DNA from: Erythrobacter sp. SCN 62-14
GTDB lineage: Bacteria; Pseudomonadota; Alphaproteobacteria; Sphingomonadales; Sphingomonadaceae
Assembly: GCA_001724215.1 (NCBI GenBank)
Contig: MEDW01000001.1
Span: forward strand, 64,725-128,724
DNA length: 64,000 bases
Reading direction: 5' to 3'
The notes under the pieces were generated by a model, which was not told the origin of the DNA, did not search any database, and saw only the letters and a program-made list of their open reading frames with translations. Position numbers and translations under genes: made by a program. Within the stretch, counting starts at the first letter, position 1. Each line of letters opens with the position of its first letter. Positions 57,124 to 64,000 of the stretch are shown piece by piece.

Positions 57124-58281
57124 TCAGAGCTTGTGAAGAAGCACGATGGCCTGTGCGGCGATCCCTTCGCCGCGGCCGGTAAAGCCGAGTTTCTCGGTGG
57201 TGGTCGCCTTGATGCTGACCACGTTCTCGCCAAGGCCCATGATGCGGGCGACCTCGGCGCGCATGGCAGGGCGGTGGGGGCCGATCTTGGGCGCTTCACA
57301 GATCAGGGTCAGATCAAGATTGGCAATCCCGTAACCCGCCTCGCGCGCAAGGCTGACAGCGTGTTCGAGAAAGCGGGCCGAACGCGCGCCGCGCCATTGC
57401 GGATCGCTCGGCGGGAAATGCGTGCCGATATCGCCTGCGCCAATCGCGCCCAGCACCGCATCGGTGATGGCATGGAGCGCAACATCGGCATCGGAATGGC
57501 CCGAAAGCCCTTTGTCATGCGGGACAAGCACGCCGCACAGCCACAATTCCTCGCCTTCCTCAAGGCGGTGAACGTCATAGCCTTGGCCAATGCGAAAGGC
57601 GGGAAGGGCTGGGTCTGCGTCCACGAAATCCTCGGCAAAGGTAAGTTTCTTGAGGCGTTCATCGCCTTCGACCAGCGCAACTGAACCGCCGCTGACTGTC
57701 AGCACCTGCGCATCATCGCCAGCATCGCGCGCGCCGTTCCAGGCGCGGTGGGCAGCGAGGATTTCCGCGTAACGAAAGGCTTGCGGGGTCTGGACACGGC
57801 GCAGCGCCTCGCGCGCGGCCTTGCCAGCCATAGCGCCTGCGCCATCATCGACGGCGAGCGAATCCACCACTGGCAGCACCGGAATGGCGCCGGGGTGATG
57901 GGAGAGCGCCTCAAGCAATCGCGCAATCACTTCGCGCGGCAGATCGGGACGGGCGGCATCGTGGATCAGCACCCATGCGGGGGCAGCGCTTGCCAGCGCT
58001 TCGAGCCCATTCAATACCGATTCCTGCCGGGTCGCTCCGCCGCGCGCCAGCGTGAAGGACAGCCCGGCGAGCGCCTCGCGCGCGGCATCCTCGCCATCTG
58101 CGCTTGTCACTACCACCAAAGGCGCTGCGCCTGCTACCAACAGGCTCTCTGCCGAATGGCGCAGCACTGGCTTGCCGCGAAAGGTGCGAAACTGCTTGGG
58201 CGTCGCGCCGCCCACGCGCAGACCCTTGCCAGCGGCGACGATGATGGCTGCAAAGGGGGGAATGGGGGGCTCGCCTGCCAT
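57124..58281 (-). CDS. ispDF: Bifunctional IspD/IspF (MEP pathway)
   Basis: IspD motifs AAGKG.R, KQF, IHDAARP, QTPQ; IspF motifs GYDVH, GHSDADVALHA, GDIG.HFP, KATTTE.LGF.GR.EG. Confidence 0.97.
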   Translation of the reverse strand: MAGEPPIPPFAAIIVAAGKGLRVGGATPKQFRTFRGKPVLRHSAESLLVAGAAPLVVVTSADGEDAAREALAGLSFTLARGGATRQESVLNGLEALASAAPAWVLIHDAARPDLPREVIARLLEALSHHPGAIPVLPVVDSLAVDDGAGAMAGKAAREALRRVQTPQAFRYAEILAAHRAWNGARDAGDDAQVLTVSGGSVALVEGDERLKKLTFAEDFVDADPALPAFRIGQGYDVHRLEEGEELWLCGVLVPHDKGLSGHSDADVALHAITDAVLGAIGAGDIGTHFPPSDPQWRGARSARFLEHAVSLAREAGYGIANLDLTLICEAPKIGPHRPAMRAEVARIMGLGENVVSIKATTTEKLGFTGRGEGIAAQAIVLLHKL

Positions 58282-58385
58282 AGCGCAGGCCGCTTAAGCG
58301 CTGGACGGGCTTTGCGCAATCCACTATGCGCTGCCCACAATTTAGGCAGACCCCCGTGAACGCAGCGCTTCCCATTCCCCCGGCG

Positions 58386-59375
58386 ATGAAGCCGATTAAG
58401 ATTGGCCCGGTTGTCGTGGCCGAGCCTGTTGTGCTTGCGCCGATGACAGGCGTCACCGATATGCCGTTCCGCACGCTGGTGCGCCGCTATGGTTCCGGGC
58501 TCAATGTCACCGAAATGGTGGCGAGCGAGGCGGCGATCCGCGAAACCCGCGTCAGCACGCAGAAAACCGCATGGGATCGGATCGAAGAGCCCGTCTCGAT
58601 GCAGCTGGTCGGCTGCGATCCGGCGAGCATGGCCGAGGCGGCGAAGATCCAGGAAGGCAATGGCGCTGCCATCATCGACATCAATTTCGGCTGTCCGGTA
58701 AGGAAAGTCGTTGGCCAGCTCGCAGGCTCTGCCCTGATGCGCGAAGTGCCGCTGGCGGTGCGCCTGATGGAAGCGACGGTGAAAGCGGTGAAAGTCCCCG
58801 TCACCGTCAAGATGCGGATGGGCTGGGATCACGCCAGCCTCAACGCGCCCGAATTGGCCCGCATGGCCGAGGATATCGGGGTGCAGATGATCACCGTCCA
58901 CGGCCGCACCCGCAACCAGATGTATAAAGGCCATGCCGACTGGGCTTTTATCCGTAAGGTGAAGGACGCGGTCAGCATCCCCGTCATCGTCAACGGCGAT
59001 ATTTGCGGGATTGAAGATGCGGCACGCGCGCTCGAACAATCGGGCGCAGACGGCGTGATGATCGGGCGCGGCGCCTATGGCCGCCCGTGGCTGCTTGGCC
59101 AGATCATGCATTGGTGGCGCACCGGAGAGGCTTTGCCCGATCCTGCTATCAATGAACAATATGCCGTGGTGGTCGAACACTATAACCGGATGCTCGATCA
59201 CTATGGCCGCGACACCGGGGTGAAGATGGCGCGCAAGCATCTCGGTTGGTACACCAAGGGGATGCATGGCTCGGCCGAGTTTCGCAACATGGCCAACTTT
59301 ATCGACGACCCTGATCAGGTGCTCGGCGAGATTGAGCGCTTTTATGCGCCCTTCCTGCTGCGTGAGGCCGCTTGA
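58386..59375 (+). CDS. dusB: tRNA-dihydrouridine synthase DusB (NifR3)
   Basis: [44 protein letters not shown]; heads the ntrBC operon. Confidence 0.96.
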   Translation: MKPIKIGPVVVAEPVVLAPMTGVTDMPFRTLVRRYGSGLNVTEMVASEAAIRETRVSTQKTAWDRIEEPVSMQLVGCDPASMAEAAKIQEGNGAAIIDINFGCPVRKVVGQLAGSALMREVPLAVRLMEATVKAVKVPVTVKMRMGWDHASLNAPELARMAEDIGVQMITVHGRTRNQMYKGHADWAFIRKVKDAVSIPVIVNGDICGIEDAARALEQSGADGVMIGRGAYGRPWLLGQIMHWWRTGEALPDPAINEQYAVVVEHYNRMLDHYGRDTGVKMARKHLGWYTKGMHGSAEFRNMANFIDDPDQVLGEIERFYAPFLLREAA

Positions 59376-60505
59376 TCGTGGCGCATGGGGGGGCTCAGGA
59401 TGGGGCTGAGGCTCCTGCGCTCAACACCGCCGGCATCGCGCCTTGTCCCAATGCCAGAGCGCAGATCAACGGGCTCGTCTTTGCGTTGCTGCTGGTGGAT
59501 GGCGAGGGGCGCATTGCCGAGGCCAATCATGCCGCGGAAAACCTGCTCGGCACCAGCGCCAAGCGGCTGATCGGTACGGTGCTGGCCGACCGCCTCGGCA
59601 TCAATGATCCGCGCGTCGAGGCGCGCCTTGCCGACAATGATGCAGCCTTGGTGGTGCGCGATCTCACCATCCGGCTGGGCGAGGGCGAGCGCCGCGTCAA
59701 TCTGACCGCTTCGCCATTGTCTGGCCGTGGTGGCTGGCAGGTGATCACGCTCTCGGAAATCGGGCACGAAGATAATGCCTCGGATCAAAGCGGCGCAGCA
59801 ATGCTGAGCGCGCCTGCCATCCTTGCCCATGAAATCAAGAACCCGCTGGCGGCCATTCGCGGGGCGGGGCAATTGGCCATGCGCAAGCTTGCGCCCGAAG
59901 ATCGCAAGCTTGCCCGGATGATCACCGACGAGGTTGATCGCATCGCCCGGCTGATTGATCGGATGCAGGCGCTGGGCAGCACCCGCACCGGCCCGATGGA
60001 GGCCTGCAACCCGCACGAGGCGATCCGCACCGCGATTGCCACCGTCGAAGCGGGCGCTGAGAGTGAAATCACCATTCGCGAGGAGTTCGATCCCTCACTG
60101 CCGCCGGTGCTGGCCAATCGTGATGCGCTGGAACAGGTGCTTATCAACCTTATCTCCAACGCCCGCGATGCGGCGCAAACCACTGCGGGGCCAGCGGAAA
60201 TCACGGTCCAGACGCGGTTTGTCAGCGGCCTCAATTTCAGCGCAATCCGGATGGGAGAGGCGGTTCCCTTGCCGATCGAGATCACCATTTCCGATAATGG
60301 GCCCGGCCTTGATCCCGCCTTGCGCGATCACGTCTTTGAACCTTTCGTCTCCTCCAAACCATCGGGGCAGGGCCTTGGCCTTGCGCTGGTGAGAAAGCTG
60401 GTGCGCGATATGCGCGGCAATATCAGCCATGATCGCGATGCGCGCGCAGGGCTCACCCATTTCCGCCTGCATCTGCCGCAGGCTCCGCGCAGGAGGCCCG
60501 GCTAA
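59372..60505 (+). CDS. ntrB: Nitrogen-regulation sensor kinase NtrB
   Basis: PAS domain, H-box [31 protein letters not shown]. The start codon is uncertain. Confidence 0.9.
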   Translation: MIVAHGGAQDGAEAPALNTAGIAPCPNARAQINGLVFALLLVDGEGRIAEANHAAENLLGTSAKRLIGTVLADRLGINDPRVEARLADNDAALVVRDLTIRLGEGERRVNLTASPLSGRGGWQVITLSEIGHEDNASDQSGAAMLSAPAILAHEIKNPLAAIRGAGQLAMRKLAPEDRKLARMITDEVDRIARLIDRMQALGSTRTGPMEACNPHEAIRTAIATVEAGAESEITIREEFDPSLPPVLANRDALEQVLINLISNARDAAQTTAGPAEITVQTRFVSGLNFSAIRMGEAVPLPIEITISDNGPGLDPALRDHVFEPFVSSKPSGQGLGLALVRKLVRDMRGNISHDRDARAGLTHFRLHLPQAPRRRPG

Positions 60506-61950
60506 TGGCGGCGCGCAGTGATCGCCAAGTGCTGTTGGTGGAAGATGACCGCGCGATTGCAACGGTCATCACCGCAGCGCTCGAAGATGAAGGCTTTGTT
60601 ATCGCCCATTGCACGAGCCTTGCCGAGCGCGACCGATTGCTTGGCGAACGGCGATTTGATGTGATGCTCACCGATGTCATCCTTGAAGATGGCGACGGGC
60701 TCGAAGGCCTTGCCAAGGCGCGCGCGGGCGCAGGCGATCTGCCGGTGATCGTGCTGTCGGCGCAGAACACGCTCGATACAGCGGTGCGCGCCAGCGAGAG
60801 CGAGGCGTTTGAATATTTCCCCAAGCCGTTTGATCTTGATGAACTGGTGCACGCGGTCAAACAGGCCGCCAGTGCGCGCGCGGCGGCAGTGGGGGGCGAC
60901 GATGCCGGCGCTGCCACCGATGGCGAACGCATGCCGCTGGTCGGGCGCAGTCCGGCGATGCAGGGCGTTTACCGCATGATCACACGCGTTTTGCGCAATG
61001 ATCTCACTGTCCTCATCACCGGCGAAAGCGGCACGGGCAAGGAATTGGTGGCCGAAGCGATCCACCAGCTCGGCAACCGCCGCACCGGGCCGTTCGTCGC
61101 GGTCAACACCGCTGCGATCCCTGCGGATCTGGTGGAAAGCGAGCTGTTCGGCCATGAAAAGGGCGCCTTTACCGGCGCGATTGCGCAGGCCATCGGCAAG
61201 TTTGAACAGGCCAATGGCGGCACTTTGTTCTTGGATGAAATCGGCGATATGCCCGCCGAAGCGCAAACCCGGCTGCTGCGCGCGTTGCAATCGGGGCGCA
61301 TCCGCCGGGTTGGCGGACGGCAGGAAATCGCGGTCAATGTGCGCATTATTGCCGCCACCAACCGCACGCTTGAACCGATGATTGCAGCGGGCACATTCCG
61401 CGAGGATTTGTTCTACCGGCTCAATGTGGTGCCGATTGCCTTGCCGCCCTTGCGCGAACGGCGCGAGGATATCGAAGCGCTGGCCCAGCATTTCCTTGTT
61501 CTGGCTGCCGAAGACGGCCTGCCGCGCCGCCAGCTATCCCCTGATGCCATGAAGCGGCTGGAGGCGCGCAGTTGGCGCGGCAATGTGCGCGAGCTGCGCA
61601 ATGTGATCTATCGCCTCGCTCTGATGGCGCGCGAGGATGTGATCGACGGCGTCAGCGTGTCCGATATTATCGGCGAGGAAGCGCCCGCCCAGATCGCCGC
61701 CACGCCGGCTGGAGAAAGCGGCGTGGGTGCGGCGCTGATGCAATGGCTGGCTGAAGAGAATCCCGGCCCCGGCACGATCTATCGCCGCGCACTGGCCGCC
61801 TTTGAACGCCCGCTGATCGAACACGCGCTGGCCCGCACCGGTGGCAACCAATTGCGGGCCGCCGAATTGCTTGGCATCAATCGCAACACCTTGCGCAAGC
61901 GTATCAGCGAGTTGGAGCTGGAACCCGGCCCGCTCGGGCGGCTCAAGTAA
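60505..61950 (+). CDS. ntrC: Sigma54-dependent response regulator NtrC
   Basis: Receiver domain, GESGTGKE, GAFTGA, FLDEIGD, WRGNVREL, HTH GINRNTLRK. Confidence 0.95.
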   Translation: MAARSDRQVLLVEDDRAIATVITAALEDEGFVIAHCTSLAERDRLLGERRFDVMLTDVILEDGDGLEGLAKARAGAGDLPVIVLSAQNTLDTAVRASESEAFEYFPKPFDLDELVHAVKQAASARAAAVGGDDAGAATDGERMPLVGRSPAMQGVYRMITRVLRNDLTVLITGESGTGKELVAEAIHQLGNRRTGPFVAVNTAAIPADLVESELFGHEKGAFTGAIAQAIGKFEQANGGTLFLDEIGDMPAEAQTRLLRALQSGRIRRVGGRQEIAVNVRIIAATNRTLEPMIAAGTFREDLFYRLNVVPIALPPLRERREDIEALAQHFLVLAAEDGLPRRQLSPDAMKRLEARSWRGNVRELRNVIYRLALMAREDVIDGVSVSDIIGEEAPAQIAATPAGESGVGAALMQWLAEENPGPGTIYRRALAAFERPLIEHALARTGGNQLRAAELLGINRNTLRKRISELELEPGPLGRLK

Positions 61951-62019
61951 GGTGAACAGGGGTTAGCGCCGCAATTAACTCTTGCCTGTGTGCCACACCA
62001 GTGTTGTAAGGTTGCAACG

Positions 62020-64000
62020 ATGGCTGGCCCTGCGCGTCAATCTCCCCCGCTCACTCTCAATCGTCCCCCTCGCTGGTGGCGGCGGTTCATGCTGAGCGCA
62101 CGGCGCGCCAATCTGTTTGGCTGGCTTGAGGTGATCTCAGCCCTTGCGCTGGTGATGGCGATTGCGGCGACCTATTTGTCCTATGCGCGCGGGCCCGGCA
62201 GCGACAATCTGCTGCCCACCACGCAAGTCTCGCTGTTGTTGATGGCAACGCTTGTGCCCGCGATGGCGCTGCTGGTGCTGATCGGCAGGCGGCTGGCCTT
62301 GAAACGCGCCGAGGGCAGCACTGCGCGCCTGCATGTGCGGCTGGTGTTCTTTTTCTCGATGGTTGCGGCGCTGCCCACACTGCTGGTCGCAGGCTTTGCC
62401 GCTTTCCTGTTTCAGACCGGGGTCGATTTCTGGTTTTCCGACGATTCCCGCGGGCTGATGGAAAACGCCAATGCGCTCGCGCAGAACTACTACGATGCGA
62501 ACCAGCGCGATGTGCAGCAGGAAACGCAGACCATGGCGAGCGATATGCGCTTCGTGCTGGAACGCATCGACATCACCGATCGCGATTTTCCCGATTTCTA
62601 CGCCCTGCAGGCACAGGGACGCAAGATTTCGGAAAGCGCGATCCTGCAGCGGATGGGCGATGGATCATTGCGCACGGCTGCGATCCTCAATTTGACCGAA
62701 GATAACAACCTGATCGAATTCACCAAGGCTGCGCTGCCACGTCTGGATGCGGGCGAATTTGTGGTTGTCGCGGGCAATCCGGAACGCATTGAAGCTCTGG
62801 CAGCGATTGATCCTGCGACCGGGATTTTCCTCTACAATGCCCGCACCACCGAAGAGTCCATGTTCAATTCCTGGACCCGCGCCCAGACGATTGTCTCCTC
62901 TTATGAACGCCTCACCGGCAGCGCGCGGATGCTGCAATTGCGTTTCAACATTGCGCTGGTGACAGTCAGCCTGCTGTTGGTGGGGCTGGCGATCTGGTTT
63001 GCGCTGCGTTTTGCAGATCGGCAGGTGGAACCGCTCACCAACCTGGTGGGCGCCGCGCGCGAAGTGGGGCAGGGCAATTTCGCACTGCGGGTGGATGGCC
63101 GCACCGGAACGGATGAAATCGGATTGCTCAATCGCGCTTTCAACCGCATGACCGCCCAGCTTGAAAAGCAGACCAAGGCGCTCGTCAGCGCCAATCGCCA
63201 GATTGATGATCGCCGCGCCTTTACCGAAGCGGTGCTGGAATCGGTGACAGCCGGCGTGATTTCGCTCGATGACGAAGGGCGCATCACGCTGATCAACAGC
63301 TTTGCGCAGAACCTGCTTGCCCCTGAAGACGCCACCAGTTCGGGCGAGATGATCGGGCGCGCGCTTGAGGATCTCTCGCCCGAACTCAGTCAAATGGCAC
63401 GCGAGGGCAAGGGCCGGGCGGTGATCACTCACGCCAAGGGCAGCGAACTCTTGACGCTGGCGGTGCGCGTTGCGCCCGGCAGCCGCGGCTATGTGATTAC
63501 CTTTGAAGACATCACCCGCCAGATTCTCGATCAGCGGCAGGCGGCATGGTCAGACGTGGCGCGGCGCATTGCGCATGAGATCAAGAACCCGCTCACCCCC
63601 ATTCAGCTTGCCACCGAACGCTTGAAGCGCCGCTATGGCAAACAAGTGGGCGAGGATGACCGCGCCCTGTTTGACGAGCTCACTGACACCATCAGGCGTC
63701 AGGTCGATGACCTGCGCAAGATGGTCGATGAATTCTCGTCCTTTGCGCGCCTGCCCAAGCCGGTGTTCCGGCGCGAGGATGCGGTCGATCTGGTGCGTCA
63801 GGCGGTGTTCCTTCAGGAAGTCGCGCACACCGGAATATCCTTCACGATTGCGAGCGATGGTATCACCGAGCGTGAAATCCTGTGCGATCGCCACCAGTTC
63901 GGCCAGGCGATGACGAACGTGCTCAAGAACGCGGTTGAGGCGATCGAGGCGAGGGCTGGTGAGGCGCGCGGCACCTATGCGGGCAGCATTGCAGTTGCCA
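62020..64000 (+). CDS. ntrY: Sensor kinase NtrY (3' end outside the window)
   Basis: I read it from ATG 62020; it is missing from the ORF track because no stop falls in the window. TM helices, HAMP (DEIGLLNRAFNRMT), [31 protein letters not shown]. Confidence 0.95.
   Translation, partial: MAGPARQSPPLTLNRPPRWWRRFMLSARRANLFGWLEVISALALVMAIAATYLSYARGPGSDNLLPTTQVSLLLMATLVPAMALLVLIGRRLALKRAEGSTARLHVRLVFFFSMVAALPTLLVAGFAAFLFQTGVDFWFSDDSRGLMENANALAQNYYDANQRDVQQETQTMASDMRFVLERIDITDRDFPDFYALQAQGRKISESAILQRMGDGSLRTAAILNLTEDNNLIEFTKAALPRLDAGEFVVVAGNPERIEALAAIDPATGIFLYNARTTEESMFNSWTRAQTIVSSYERLTGSARMLQLRFNIALVTVSLLLVGLAIWFALRFADRQVEPLTNLVGAAREVGQGNFALRVDGRTGTDEIGLLNRAFNRMTAQLEKQTKALVSANRQIDDRRAFTEAVLESVTAGVISLDDEGRITLINSFAQNLLAPEDATSSGEMIGRALEDLSPELSQMAREGKGRAVITHAKGSELLTLAVRVAPGSRGYVITFEDITRQILDQRQAAWSDVARRIAHEIKNPLTPIQLATERLKRRYGKQVGEDDRALFDELTDTIRRQVDDLRKMVDEFSSFARLPKPVFRREDAVDLVRQAVFLQEVAHTGISFTIASDGITEREILCDRHQFGQAMTNVLKNAVEAIEARAGEARGTYAGSIAVA

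Overview
64 kb of chromosome from a high-GC alphaproteobacterium. Gene content and order point to Sphingomonadales, probably Erythrobacteraceae (inference, no database search). Most of the window is ordinary core genome: leuS-lptE-holA, lptC-lptA, rnd, ung, cpdR, a DEAD-box helicase, uvrD, rsmD, ampG, ftsB-pdhA-pdhB, trmFO, gyrA, lipA, ispDF, dusB-ntrB-ntrC-ntrY (partial), tRNA-Val(GAC) and tRNA-Arg(CCT). I found no integrase, transposase, prophage gene or CRISPR array. The best candidate for an undescribed system is a roughly 7.3 kb block (about 14.9-22.2 kb) next to the 3' end of tRNA-Val. It holds a signal-peptide-less TIGR03032/DUF4915 protein encoded 27 bp upstream of an 1820-aa autotransporter with two tandem passenger+autochaperone modules, preceded by a structured leader with a coupled Cys-rich uORF and followed by about 450 nt of dense hairpins. 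This layout recalls aah-aidA/tibC-tibA (cytoplasmic modifier + adhesin), but any function is hypothesis only. Other notable items: three 27-bp GUAA-capped hairpin repeats just downstream of tRNA-Arg, an EF-hand gene split by one in-frame TAA, an sbtA-sbtB pair among heterotrophic core genes, an orphan tadG/tadE/tadE trio and an NDUFAF6-like pseudo-synthase. All family calls rest on motif recognition by eye.
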